A DNA stretch of 64,000 nt from Candidatus Dormiibacterota bacterium (GTDB taxonomy: Bacteria > Chloroflexota > Dormibacteria > Aeolococcales > Aeolococcaceae). The position numbers and the translations under genes were made by a program. The stretch covers positions 160,001-224,000 of the forward strand of contig CAVPXI010000006.1 of assembly GCA_963709585.1 (NCBI GenBank). Direction: 5' to 3'. The notes beneath the pieces were generated by a model. That model saw only the letters and a program-made list of their open reading frames with translations, was not told the origin of the DNA and made no database searches. Positions 42,323 to 52,607 of this stretch are shown piece by piece. Numbering within the stretch: position 1 is the stretch's first letter; each line of letters starts with the position of its first letter.

Positions 42323-43924
42323 ATGACAACCCTCGTCCGCGCCGCGCCAGCGCCACCCGCGCCCGCAGCGCCAAGGCCGCCGGGACGCCTGCTCGCCTGG
42401 CTTTCGGATCCGCGCAGCGCGCTGCTGGCGGCGGCCCTGCTCCTGAGCGGCGCCGTCGGTCTCGACGCGCTGAGCGACCCGGATGTGTGGTGGCATATCC
42501 GGCTCGGCGACTGGATCATCGCCCACCACCAGATTCCGGCCGGCGAGCTGTTCGCCTACACGGCATTCGGCAATCCGCTGGTTGCGCACGAATGGCTGTC
42601 GGAAACGATCTTCGCCGCCCTGGCTGCGGTCGGAGGATTGCTCCTGGTCACCGCGCTGATGGGGCTCGTGGCCTGGAGCGCCATGGTCGCCACCGTGCTC
42701 CGCGGTCGTCTTCGCGGCGCCGGTCCGGTGGTGCTCGCAATCGGACTTGCCCTTGGCGCCCGTGCCGCGGAGCCGGTGCTCGGCACGCGACCCCAGGTGT
42801 TCACCTTTGCGCTGGTCTGCTGGACGCTCTGGATCGCCGAGTCGTACCTGCGCTCCGGCGGCCGGCGCCGGTGGTTGCTGCCCCTGCTGTTTTTGCTGTG
42901 GGCAAACCTGCATGCCGGTTTCATCGCGGGCATCGGCTTGCTCGTGATCGTCGTCGTCGTCGAGGCCGTCAAGCGACGGTGGTCGATCGGGGCCGTCGCG
43001 TCGCGGCAACACATCACCGGCCTCGCCGTCGCCGTGGGCGCTTCGGCGCTCGCGGCATGCCTCAACCCGTACGGACCGTGGCTCTACATCTTCGCTGCCA
43101 CGACCGGTGCCACCGAGCGCCAGAAGGGCATCATCGAATGGCAGTCGCCCAACTTCGCGGACCCGGCGATGTGGGTGCTTCTCGCGCTCCTGCTCAGCTT
43201 CGCGGCGCTCACCGTCACGGTCCTTGCCCGTCCATCGTTGCGGCGTCACTTCGAGCTTCGCGACTTCGCGCTCGCCGCGGTCGGTGCGGCGCTCGCGCTC
43301 ATGTCGGTGCGCAACACCGCCATCTGCGTCGCGGTGATGATCCCGGCATGGACGGCGATGGCTGCGGGGTTGCTGCGTTCGCTGGACATTCGCCGCTCGC
43401 GGCAGTCTGCGGGGGCGCGATCACGACGCGCTGCGCCGGTCATGGGTGCGGCGCTGATCGCGATCGGCGTGTTCGGTGTCGGCGCCGTCGGGGCACGGGT
43501 CGCGCGGAGCGCATCGCCGCAGGGGATCGCCGCCGCATATCCGGCGTGCGCGACCGCGCTGCTCGCGCGCAGTCCCACCACTCAGCGCGTGTTCACCGCG
43601 TATGGGACCGGCGGCTACGTGATCTACCGGCTCTGGCCGCAGGCATCCGTATATGAGTACGGGGAATCGATATCGCTCGGCACCGCGGTCTTCGACCGCT
43701 ACCTGCGCATCGCCGCCGGTGTGACCACAACGCCGACCGCGTTGCAGTTGCTGGCGTCGAGCGGCACCACCGCGGTGCTCTCATCGAGGGGCGCTCTCAC
43801 CGACGAGCTCAGCGCCACGCCGGCGTGGACGCTGAGCGTCGACGACCACGGCATGCTCCTGTTTCTCCGTGGCGACCCCTCGTGGGCGATGGGCGCCTCC
43901 TGCGCGACTGCCGCGCCGGGCTGA
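42323..43924 (+). CDS. Multi-TM putative GT-C glycosyltransferase
   Basis: DPDVWWHIRLG, HEWL, RPQ, WANLHAGF, NPYG, IIEW motifs. Confidence 0.75.
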   Translation: MTTLVRAAPAPPAPAAPRPPGRLLAWLSDPRSALLAAALLLSGAVGLDALSDPDVWWHIRLGDWIIAHHQIPAGELFAYTAFGNPLVAHEWLSETIFAALAAVGGLLLVTALMGLVAWSAMVATVLRGRLRGAGPVVLAIGLALGARAAEPVLGTRPQVFTFALVCWTLWIAESYLRSGGRRRWLLPLLFLLWANLHAGFIAGIGLLVIVVVVEAVKRRWSIGAVASRQHITGLAVAVGASALAACLNPYGPWLYIFAATTGATERQKGIIEWQSPNFADPAMWVLLALLLSFAALTVTVLARPSLRRHFELRDFALAAVGAALALMSVRNTAICVAVMIPAWTAMAAGLLRSLDIRRSRQSAGARSRRAAPVMGAALIAIGVFGVGAVGARVARSASPQGIAAAYPACATALLARSPTTQRVFTAYGTGGYVIYRLWPQASVYEYGESISLGTAVFDRYLRIAAGVTTTPTALQLLASSGTTAVLSSRGALTDELSATPAWTLSVDDHGMLLFLRGDPSWAMGASCATAAPG

Positions 43925-43967
43925 TCCCTGCTCCAGCTGCGGCGCTGCAGGAGTACGGTCGACGACC

Positions 43968-44561
43968 ATGCGACTGATCGGCGTCACCGGGGGAATCGCA
44001 ACCGGCAAGAGCACCGTTGACCGGATGCTCGCCGACCATGGCGCGATCGTCATCGACGCCGACGAGCTCGCCCGCGAGGCGGTGCGTCCCGGCGAGCCCA
44101 CCCTCGACGAGGTGGCAACACGCTTCGGACGGGATGTGATCCGGCCCGACGGCACCCTCGACCGCGGCCGCGTCGGCGAGATCGTGTTCGCCGATGCCGA
44201 GGCACGCCGCGACCTCGAGCGGATCACCCATCCGCGGATCATGGAGTTGATGCAGGAACGCATCGCCGCCGCGCTCGCAAGTCCGGTGCCGCTGGTCGCA
44301 GTCGACGTCCCATTGCTCTTCGAGAGCGCGCGCGAGGCCATGTTCGAAGGGGTGCTGCTCGTCTACGCGCCGCGCGACGTGCAGCTCCGGAGGCTGCGCG
44401 AGCGCAATGGCCTCGACGAAGACGCTGCGCTGCAACGTCTCGCCGCCCAGCTGCCGATCGACGAGAAGCGCGACCGGGCGACCTGGATCATCGACAACAG
44501 CCACGGCATCGACGCGACGGCGCGCGCCGTCGACCTCTGGTGGGCGACCGCCGTCAGATAG
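43968..44561 (+). CDS. coaE: Dephospho-CoA kinase
   Basis: GVTGGIATGKST, IDAD, HP, DVPLLFE, IDN. Confidence 0.96.
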   Translation: MRLIGVTGGIATGKSTVDRMLADHGAIVIDADELAREAVRPGEPTLDEVATRFGRDVIRPDGTLDRGRVGEIVFADAEARRDLERITHPRIMELMQERIAAALASPVPLVAVDVPLLFESAREAMFEGVLLVYAPRDVQLRRLRERNGLDEDAALQRLAAQLPIDEKRDRATWIIDNSHGIDATARAVDLWWATAVR

Positions 44562-45207
44562 CCGCGCGCCCTGCGAGGCCGTCGAGCAGCATCTCGAGCA
44601 TCTGCGTCTCGTCGCCGGCGAACGCCGCGGGAGCGTCACGGCGCAGGGTGCCCATCACGTAGCCGCTGAGCACCATCTCGGCCGCGCCGAAGACCACGTA
44701 GCTGGCAAGCTGGGGATCAACGCCGGCACCGACTTCGCCACGGTCGCGTGCTCTGCGGATGATCTGCTCGATTGCCTCGAAAGCCACCATCACGGTGCCG
44801 ATATCGTGCGATTCGAGAAACTCGTACGAGCAAGTCACCTCGTTGATCATCACGGTCATCAAGTCGGGCTCGCGTCGGTAGACCTCGACCCAGAAGTGCA
44901 CCAGCAGGCGCATCTGCTCGCGGAAGCCGACGTCCGTGTCGCCGACCTCGTGGAGGTAGGTGACGTACTGCGCCCAGCGCTCGGTGAAGATCGCCGCGAG
45001 GATGTCCTCCTTGTTGTGAAAGTAGTGATAGACGAGCCCGTACGCGATGCCGGCGTGCTCGGCGATCTCGGCGACCTTCGCACCGTGGAACCCGGACCGA
45101 GCGAACACCTCGGTGGCAGCGGCGATGATGCGTTCACGCGTCTGCGCGCTCCGCGTGGTTCGAGGCGCGTGGCGCGGCGTTTGCGCCGCCTGGCCGGCCG
45201 GGGTCAT
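44554..45207 (-). CDS. TetR family regulator
   Basis: IAEHAGIAYGLVYHYFHNKE. Confidence 0.93.
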   Translation of the reverse strand: MTPAGQAAQTPRHAPRTTRSAQTRERIIAAATEVFARSGFHGAKVAEIAEHAGIAYGLVYHYFHNKEDILAAIFTERWAQYVTYLHEVGDTDVGFREQMRLLVHFWVEVYRREPDLMTVMINEVTCSYEFLESHDIGTVMVAFEAIEQIIRRARDRGEVGAGVDPQLASYVVFGAAEMVLSGYVMGTLRRDAPAAFAGDETQMLEMLLDGLAGRAAI

Positions 45208-46373
45208 GCGATCGCCCCGGCTGCGCGCAGTGCGGCGAGTTGATCGGCTCCATCGCCGGCCTCGGTAAGCACCTCCTCGGTGTGCTCACCGTAACCCGGC
45301 GCCGCGCGCCGGTAGGCGGCCGGAGAATCCGTCAGGCGGATGGGAAAGCCGGTCTGCGCCGTCGGTCTGCCCTCACCGGCGTCCAGGCGCATCCCGCGGC
45401 TGCGCACCTGAGGATGCTCGAAGGTCTCCCCCACATCGAGCACCGGCTCGACACACACGTCATGACCTGCGAGCGCTTCCTCCCATTGCGCGCGCGTTCG
45501 CGTGCGCAGCACCGCCTGGACCGCCGCGACCGTGCGCTGTCCCGCCTCGCCGTCGACGAGGCCGTTGCCGGCGAGCTCGGGCAGGCCGATCACCTCGACG
45601 AACGCACCCCAGAATTTGGGCTCGAGCGCTCCGACGGAGAGGTACCCGTCGGCGCACGCGTAGATCCGGTAGCAGGGATACCGGCCGGTCAGCATCCCGT
45701 CGCCGGGTGCCGGCGCCTCGCCGGTGGCGAACAGCTGGGAGGCGTGCACACCCGCCCAGCTGATCAACCCGTCGACCATGGAGACGTCGCAGTGCTGACC
45801 CCTGCCGGTGCGAGCCGCGTGGTGGAGCGCGATCATGATCGCGAGTGCGGCGTGGAGCGCACCGCCGCCGAGGTCTCCCACCTGCAGGCCCGGCATCGCC
45901 GGAGGGTCATCGGCATTGCCCCCGAGCAGCAGCACGCCGGCGACGGCCGCGTAGTTGAGGTCATGGCCGGCACGGTCGCGAAACGGTCCATCTTGACCAT
46001 AACCGCTGATGCTGCAGAGCACCAGCTTCGGATTCACCTCCCGGAGGTCGGCGAACCCGATGCCGAGACGGTCCATCACCCCGGGGCGAAAGCTCTCCAC
46101 GACCACGTCGGCGGTCTGTGCCAGGCGGAGAAACGCCTCACGCCCCAAGGCGTTCTTGAGATCGATCGCGACCGAGCGCTTGTTGCGGTTGAGCGGGTGG
46201 AACATCGCCGAGGAGGCGTCGACGAGCGGTGGCATCCAGCGCATGTAGTCGCCACCGGCCGTGTCCTCGACCTTGATGACATCGGCGCCGAAATCCGCGA
46301 GCAGCACTGTGCAGAACGGTCCTGGGAGCAACCTGGTCAGGTCGAGGACTCGAACGTCGTCGAGTGCCGGCAT
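45204..46373 (-). CDS. CaiB/BaiF family III CoA-transferase/racemase
   Basis: LLPGP, NRNKRS, FRPGVM, GHDLNY. Confidence 0.94.
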   Translation of the reverse strand: MPALDDVRVLDLTRLLPGPFCTVLLADFGADVIKVEDTAGGDYMRWMPPLVDASSAMFHPLNRNKRSVAIDLKNALGREAFLRLAQTADVVVESFRPGVMDRLGIGFADLREVNPKLVLCSISGYGQDGPFRDRAGHDLNYAAVAGVLLLGGNADDPPAMPGLQVGDLGGGALHAALAIMIALHHAARTGRGQHCDVSMVDGLISWAGVHASQLFATGEAPAPGDGMLTGRYPCYRIYACADGYLSVGALEPKFWGAFVEVIGLPELAGNGLVDGEAGQRTVAAVQAVLRTRTRAQWEEALAGHDVCVEPVLDVGETFEHPQVRSRGMRLDAGEGRPTAQTGFPIRLTDSPAAYRRAAPGYGEHTEEVLTEAGDGADQLAALRAAGAIA

Positions 46374-46490
46374 GGTCGCGCGAGTGTAGCAATCACTCCA
46401 CGCCCTCGATTCGCGCAATTACTGTGTTAGATTCGTTCTCGGGGTTGACGTGATGAGCAACGCGAACGTCCTGTTGAGTGAGGCTCGCTG

Positions 46491-47018
46491 ATGGACGAGC
46501 TGGTCATCAAGGTGCCCGCGCCGTTCAGCGGCATCGAGGATCTGGGATTCTCCGCACGCTACCCGGCGCAGGAGCGAAGCGAGCCGCTGCGGGACATCCC
46601 GCTCTTCGTCGAGGGACCGGCCGGTCCGATGCAGATGCTCGTGGAACGTCTCGCGCTCTTCAGCGACAAGGAGCGCATCGTCGGTTCGCTCGCCGCTGAC
46701 GACCAGTACTCGTGGACCGCGCCCGTGCAGCTGACCGACCAGGTCTGCGTGCTCGCGTTCCAGGACCGGAGCATGCGCGCGGGCGACGCGCTGCTCGAGC
46801 CCGCCGAGACCGCCCAGGCCGTCCGCGGCTACGTCTGGAACCTGGTGCGCCCGATGGCATTCACCTTCCTTCGTGACTGCGTGCGCATCGGCGGCCTGCG
46901 CCTCTCAGAGCGCATCTTCGTGGTGATCGACACCGGCCATCCACCGTCGGTGGACATCGAGCTGCAGCGCTCGTCGATCAGCCCCGAGAACGGCAACCGG
47001 CTGCTGTTCGCCCTCTGA
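46491..47018 (+). CDS. Hypothetical protein
   Basis: 175-aa ORF with genome-typical codon use and SD-like GAGG. Confidence 0.7.
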   Translation: MDELVIKVPAPFSGIEDLGFSARYPAQERSEPLRDIPLFVEGPAGPMQMLVERLALFSDKERIVGSLAADDQYSWTAPVQLTDQVCVLAFQDRSMRAGDALLEPAETAQAVRGYVWNLVRPMAFTFLRDCVRIGGLRLSERIFVVIDTGHPPSVDIELQRSSISPENGNRLLFAL

Positions 47019-47029
47019 CCGGGGTGGCC

Positions 47030-47485
47030 TCAGCCCGAGGCAGGCGTCGGGGTCCCGGTCGGCAGCGGCGTTGAGTTCGGCGGGGTCGTGGGGACCGGGG
47101 TCGGCGTCGGGGTGGGCGTCGGGGTCGCGCCGACCGCTGTCGGGGTGACCCTGGGGGTCGGTGTCGGGACCGCGGTCGGCGGGAGCGGTGGCGTCGGGCA
47201 GCCCTGGAGCTGTGCGCTGAATGGAGTCGGCGTCGCTACCTGTGTCGGAACCGGCGTGGGCGTCGCCGTCGGAGTCGCCTTGCCGCTCACCGTGGGCTTC
47301 GGCGTGGCGGTCGGCGCCGGGGTCGGGGTGACCACGTACGGCGTGTACGACGGGCAGGGAGGCGCCGACTGCAGAGGGGTCCCATGGGATGCGGATACTC
47401 CCAGCGAGATCGCCACGGCCACCGCGCCGATGAGGATCGTGACCACGAAGGTGACCGCACCCCACTCACGGCGAAGCGCGTTCAT
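47030..47485 (-). CDS. Membrane-anchored Pro/Thr-rich protein
   Basis: N-terminal TM then (PT)n; ATGA overlap with galU. Confidence 0.65.
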   Translation of the reverse strand: MNALRREWGAVTFVVTILIGAVAVAISLGVSASHGTPLQSAPPCPSYTPYVVTPTPAPTATPKPTVSGKATPTATPTPVPTQVATPTPFSAQLQGCPTPPLPPTAVPTPTPRVTPTAVGATPTPTPTPTPVPTTPPNSTPLPTGTPTPASG

Positions 47486-48345
47486 GCCGCGCCCGCCCCG
47501 TCGATACGGGCCACGGCGTTGCGGAACTCGGGGTGCTCTCGCGCCAGGCGCATGTTCGTGGCCAGCCAGCCGGCAGGGGTTCCGACGTCGAGAAGCTCGC
47601 CCTCGAACTCCAGGCCCCAGACGTCCCCTGCCTCGAGCATGCGCCCGATCGCGTCGGTGAGCTGGATCTCGCCGAGGGCGCCGGGCTTGGTCTCGCGCAG
47701 CGCGGGGAAGATCGCCGGGGTCAGCACGTACCTGCCCATCACGGCGAGGTCACTCCTTGCCTCCGCGGCCGGCGGCTTCTCGACCAGGCCGCTCAGCCGG
47801 TGGAGCTTGCCACGCAACTCGGCGATCTCGGCGCAGCCGTACCTCGAGATCTGATCGTTGGGCACGCGCATCAGTGCAAGGATGGACGTCCCGAGCTCCT
47901 CATGCGCGTTCCAGAGCTGGCGCAGCAGGGGCGGCTCCGCCAGGGACAGGTCGTCGGGAAGCATGCAGAGGAAGGTCCGCCCCCCCACCGCGCTCGCGGC
48001 ACACAGCACCGCGTCGCCGAGACCACGCGGCGAGGCCTGACGAGCCACGGTGATCCTGCTCAGATTCCCCGCCCTGCGCACGGCTTCGAGCTCTGCCATC
48101 TTGCCGCGCTCCTCGAGCAGGCGCTCGAGCGGAAGATCCGGGCGCAGGTGCGCGGCCAGCGCCTCCTTGCCCTCCGCCAGGACGAGGATGATCTCGTCGG
48201 CGCCGGAGGCGACCGCCTCCTCGACCGCCCACTGGATCACCGGGCGATCGAGAACCGGGAGCAACTCCTTGGGAAGCTCCTTGGTGGCAGGGAGAAAGCG
48301 CGTCCCCAGGCCCGCGGCCGGGATCACACATGGTCGCAAGTCCAC
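47482..48345 (-). CDS. galU: UTP--glucose-1-phosphate uridylyltransferase
   Basis: PAAGLGTRFLPATK..PKE, GLGDAV, VEKP, GEIQLTDAI. Confidence 0.95.
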   Translation of the reverse strand: MDLRPCVIPAAGLGTRFLPATKELPKELLPVLDRPVIQWAVEEAVASGADEIILVLAEGKEALAAHLRPDLPLERLLEERGKMAELEAVRRAGNLSRITVARQASPRGLGDAVLCAASAVGGRTFLCMLPDDLSLAEPPLLRQLWNAHEELGTSILALMRVPNDQISRYGCAEIAELRGKLHRLSGLVEKPPAAEARSDLAVMGRYVLTPAIFPALRETKPGALGEIQLTDAIGRMLEAGDVWGLEFEGELLDVGTPAGWLATNMRLAREHPEFRNAVARIDGAGAA

Positions 48346-48402
48346 GGCGGCGCATTGTCGCCGGTCGGGACGCGGCCGTGCACCCCGTTACCCTTGCGCG
48401 AT

Positions 48403-50289
48403 ATGCCTGACACCCGGATGCTGCTCATCGAGGCCGTGCGGCGTGCGCTCGACGATCTCGGCGTGGACGCTGCGTTCGAGGTGGTGGTCGAGCGCTCGGC
48501 GCGCCCCGAGTTCGGCGACTGGTCGACGCCGGCGCCACTGGGCCTGGCGCGCATCCTCCGTCGCGCGCCCGCCGCGATCGCCGCCGACCTTGCGGCCCGC
48601 CTCGAGGCGGCGCCCATGCCCCGGGTGCACGCATGGACCGTGACCCCGCCGGGGTACGTCAACGCCCACCTCGACGTCCGCACCTGGACGGAGTCGGTGC
48701 TCGCCGTGGCGGCCGATCTCGAGACGACCGGCAGGCTCGAGCTGACCAACGCCCGGGCGTCCGCCGCCGGGAAGACTCTCGTCGAGCACACCGCCACCAA
48801 CCCCAACAAGGCGGCGCATGTCGGCCACCTGCGCAACGCGTGCATCGGAGACACGGTCGCGCGTGTGCTCCGGCGCACCGGCCATGCCGTCGAGGTGAAC
48901 AACTACATCGACGACACCGGCGTCCAGGTTGCCGACGTTGTGGTCGGAATTCGCGAGCTCGGCATCGAACCGAAGCCGGACGAACCGTTCGATCAGTACT
49001 GCTCGCGGGTCTACATCGCGGTGTCCGCGCGGTATGAGACCGATCCCGAGCTGCTCGACCGGCGACGCGTCGTGCTCCGTGAGGTCGAGGAGGGGGGCAA
49101 CCCGACGGCGGTGTTCGTCAAGGAGGTCGCGAGGCGGATCGTCAACGCGCACCTCGCCACCATGCGCCGGTTCGACATCGCCTACGACCTGCTGACCTGG
49201 GAGTCCGACATCATCGCCCTCGGGTTCTGGCGCCAGGCCTTCGAGCTGCTCCGGGAGTCCGGTGCGATCGTGCTCGCCGAAACCGGGAGGCTAGCCGGCT
49301 GCTGGGTCATGCCCGCCGAGACTGCCGAGGACGATGGCGATGACGACACCAAGGTTCTAGTCAAATCTGACGGTATCGCGACGTATACCGCGAAGGACAT
49401 CGCATACCAGCTCTGGAAGTTCGGCTTGCTGGGACGCGACTTCCATTACGCTCAGTGGGAGGGCGATCCGACTCTGGTGACCACGTCGGCCCTGCCGCAG
49501 CCGGACGGACCCCTCGCGCACTTCGGCGCTGCGCAGCGGGTGATCAATGTCATCGACGCGCGTCAGGCGTACCCGCAACGGGTGGTGCAGCGCGCCCTGC
49601 GCCGGCTGCACCACGAGCGCGAGGCGGACAACTCGATCCACCTGAGCTACGAGGTCGTGGCCCTGACCCCGGCGGCCGCCGCCGAGCTTGGCGTCGAGAT
49701 CGAACAGGGTCGCGACAGCGTCGCACTGAGTGGGCGGCGTGGTATCGAGGTTCGCGCCGACGACCTCCTGGATCGCGCGATTGCGCGCCTGCGCGCCAAC
49801 GCCCGCGACGTCGCGACCGCGACCCTGGTCGCCGCGGGAGCGGTGCGCTACTACCTGCTCAAGTTCTCACTGAATCAGATCATCGCCTTCGATTTCGACG
49901 AGGCGCTGCGTGTAACCGGGGACACCGGCGTGTACCTGCAGTATGCGCACGCTCGCGCTGCCGGCATCCTGCGGAAGGTCGCCGATGACGGCACGACCAT
50001 CCAGGTGCCTGAGGTGCTGCACCCGGCCGAGCGCGAGTTGCTGCACAGCATCGAGGCGTACTCCCGCGCGCTTACCGAGACCGCGCTCGCGCTCTCGCCG
50101 TCGCTGCTGACCACGTATGCGTTTGGCCTGGCGTCGGCCTTCAGCGACTTCTACGAGCACACCCCGGCGATCGTCCGTGAGGAGGACGCGCGGGCGCGGC
50201 GGTTCCGGCGTGAGCTGGTCGCCGCGACGCGAGCGACGCTCGCCGATGCCCTGCACAGTCTCGGCATGGGTGCGCCGGACCAGGTCTGA
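48403..50289 (+). CDS. argS: Arginine--tRNA ligase
   Basis: EHTATNPNKAAHVGHLRN, YTAKD, YLQYAHAR, DALR domain. Confidence 0.95.
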   Translation: MPDTRMLLIEAVRRALDDLGVDAAFEVVVERSARPEFGDWSTPAPLGLARILRRAPAAIAADLAARLEAAPMPRVHAWTVTPPGYVNAHLDVRTWTESVLAVAADLETTGRLELTNARASAAGKTLVEHTATNPNKAAHVGHLRNACIGDTVARVLRRTGHAVEVNNYIDDTGVQVADVVVGIRELGIEPKPDEPFDQYCSRVYIAVSARYETDPELLDRRRVVLREVEEGGNPTAVFVKEVARRIVNAHLATMRRFDIAYDLLTWESDIIALGFWRQAFELLRESGAIVLAETGRLAGCWVMPAETAEDDGDDDTKVLVKSDGIATYTAKDIAYQLWKFGLLGRDFHYAQWEGDPTLVTTSALPQPDGPLAHFGAAQRVINVIDARQAYPQRVVQRALRRLHHEREADNSIHLSYEVVALTPAAAAELGVEIEQGRDSVALSGRRGIEVRADDLLDRAIARLRANARDVATATLVAAGAVRYYLLKFSLNQIIAFDFDEALRVTGDTGVYLQYAHARAAGILRKVADDGTTIQVPEVLHPAERELLHSIEAYSRALTETALALSPSLLTTYAFGLASAFSDFYEHTPAIVREEDARARRFRRELVAATRATLADALHSLGMGAPDQV

Positions 50290-50518
50290 GGACGTCCCGC
50301 CCGGTGTAACGGCGATATGTGCGTGTCGTCACACGCCATCGGCGCCGATCATACGATCGTGTAACGACGGCACCACGGAGTATCCGATCCCGATCGTGCT
50401 GATGGGCCAGGCTCCATAGGGTGTGGCCGAAGCGCACAACGACTCCTCGCTGCACGCCATGCCCTTCACGGGCAACCTAATGGCGCAGTGGGGTGCGAGG
50501 CGCAAAAGAGGACCTCAT

Positions 50519-52513
50519 ATGATCCGACGCCTTTCGTTGATGCTGTCGATCGCGGTGACCATCGGGCTCTTCGCGACGACATCGCGCGTCTTCCTCGCCT
50601 CGCAGGCAGTTGCGAATCCTCATGCCCACGTGATGGTGATCGCCGAGGAAAATCACGCGTACTCATCGATCATCGGGCAGTCGGCCGCTCCGTACATCAA
50701 CAGCCTTGCCAGCACCTACGCACTGGCGACGAATTCGTATGCGAGCACTCACGATTCCCTTGGGAATTATCTCGGACTGATCAGCGGCAGCATCCAGGGC
50801 GTTCCGTTTGGCACCGATAAAACGCCACTCTGCTACCCGTGCTCCGCTCCGACGCTCACCGACGAGCTGACCCACCAGGGAACATCGTGGAAGGCGTACA
50901 TGGAATCGATGCCGGCCACCTGCGACACGACCCTTGGCTCATCAGGCAACTACGCGGCACGCCACAACCCATTCGTGTACTTCTCGGGTGTGACCACCAC
51001 GCCCGCAGAGTGCAACAGCGTGGTTCCCTTCACAACCGCACAGATCGCGACCGACCTCAACAGCAGCGCCGCGCCCGACTTCGTGTGGATGACCCCGAAC
51101 CTCGTCGACGACATGCACAGCGGCACGATTCAGGCGGGCGACGCGTGGCTCCAGAGCACGATGGCCACGGTGCTGGCTTCGGCCTGGTACCAGGACAACG
51201 GCGTGGTGATCATCACCTGGGACGAGAGCGCCGGCTCTGACAGCTCTGGGTTCAACGGTACCGTCGGTGGCCACATCGCCACCATCGTTGTGTCGAAATC
51301 GAGCCACGGATCCTGGAGCGCCGGCCTGAACCAGTACGGGACGCTCCGTGCCATCGAGGAGACGTATGGAGTCGGACTGCTCGGTGCCTCGGCGGACATC
51401 GCCAACGGCGATCTCTCAGGTGCGTTCGCCGGCGGCACGCCACCACCGCCAACGCCGACGCCAACGGCGACGCCGACGCCGACGCCGACGGCAACGCCGA
51501 CCCCCTCGCCTTCTCATTCCCCCGCACCGACACCAACCGCCTCGCCGACGCCCGCCCCGCCCGCCGGACTCAAGCCCGAGCTATCAGGACTGCTGGATCG
51601 GCAGCATGCGCCCGCGCTCCAATTGGCGCCTGATCTCGGTGGTTGGGTCGTCAATGTGACCTGGGCTTCGCTGCAGCCAACGCAAGGGGGTCCCATCGCC
51701 GCCAACAACGCCATCGATCAAGCGATCGCGCTGATCCGCAGCAATCCCGCATACGCGCATATGCATCTGCGCTTGCGAGTGACTGCAGGAGTTGGGTCGC
51801 CGGACTGGGTCAAAACTCTTGGCGGTGCGCCCGTGTACATCTACAACAACACGGACAGCGTGGGCGGCACCGTGCCTCGCTTCTGGACTGCCCCCGTCGA
51901 GCAGGCGTATGCGAGCTTCCAGACGAGCCTCGCCGCGAAATATGACAACGCTCCGGAGATTCAGGATGTCTCCATCACCGGCTGCATGACCATCTACGCG
52001 GAGCCGCTGATTCGCGAAACCTCGAGCGCTCTGACGGTCAGCGATCTTCTCGCCGCCGGCTACACATTGGCCGCTGACGAGCATTGTCAGGACCAGGAGA
52101 TCATCGCTCACGAAGCCTGGAACCACACGCACTCCAGTCTCGCCTTCAATCCGTACCAGGTCATCAACGCCAACGGAACCACCGGAGTGGACAAGGTATT
52201 CACGCAGAGCCTCATGGGATATTGCCGTCAGATGCTCGGCTATCGCTGCACCCTTGGCAACGATTCGATCCGGACTCCGATCAACACCCTGGGCCCGAAC
52301 TATCCGGCGATGTATGCGTCGATACAGGCTGCAGGTCCGACCAGCTTCTTTCAGACCTCCACCCTTGCGAGAGTCGGCAACCTCCAGCTCACCATCCGCT
52401 GGGCGATCAGCCAGGGCGCGAGCGATGTCGAATTGCCAAGTGGCTATGGAACGACGCTCTCGTCAAGCACCATCGGGTGGGACGACCTCGCGCTGAGCGG
52501 GAACGCAACCTGA
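50519..52513 (+). CDS. Secreted phosphoesterase fused via PT linker to a glycoside-hydrolase-like domain
   Basis: EENH, WKAYMESMP, YAARHNPF, DDMH, ITWDE; C-terminal W..LQP..G, P.W, VPRFW..Y..F...LA.KYD GH-like pattern. Confidence 0.8.
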   Translation: MIRRLSLMLSIAVTIGLFATTSRVFLASQAVANPHAHVMVIAEENHAYSSIIGQSAAPYINSLASTYALATNSYASTHDSLGNYLGLISGSIQGVPFGTDKTPLCYPCSAPTLTDELTHQGTSWKAYMESMPATCDTTLGSSGNYAARHNPFVYFSGVTTTPAECNSVVPFTTAQIATDLNSSAAPDFVWMTPNLVDDMHSGTIQAGDAWLQSTMATVLASAWYQDNGVVIITWDESAGSDSSGFNGTVGGHIATIVVSKSSHGSWSAGLNQYGTLRAIEETYGVGLLGASADIANGDLSGAFAGGTPPPPTPTPTATPTPTPTATPTPSPSHSPAPTPTASPTPAPPAGLKPELSGLLDRQHAPALQLAPDLGGWVVNVTWASLQPTQGGPIAANNAIDQAIALIRSNPAYAHMHLRLRVTAGVGSPDWVKTLGGAPVYIYNNTDSVGGTVPRFWTAPVEQAYASFQTSLAAKYDNAPEIQDVSITGCMTIYAEPLIRETSSALTVSDLLAAGYTLAADEHCQDQEIIAHEAWNHTHSSLAFNPYQVINANGTTGVDKVFTQSLMGYCRQMLGYRCTLGNDSIRTPINTLGPNYPAMYASIQAAGPTSFFQTSTLARVGNLQLTIRWAISQGASDVELPSGYGTTLSSSTIGWDDLALSGNAT

Positions 52514-52607
52514 TTCGTCGTTGCAGTTGACCCTCGCACCGAGCGAGTAACCAGCCCCGGCGATGCGATCCATCGCCGTGGGCTGGCGGGCAACTCCTAG
52601 AAGGCGA

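Noticed and set aside
50466-50510. GGCAACCT...AGGCGCAAAA resembling a c-di-GMP-I riboswitch P2
   Set aside because: No GNRA tetraloop, no second hairpin or receptor, and the start codon follows almost at once.
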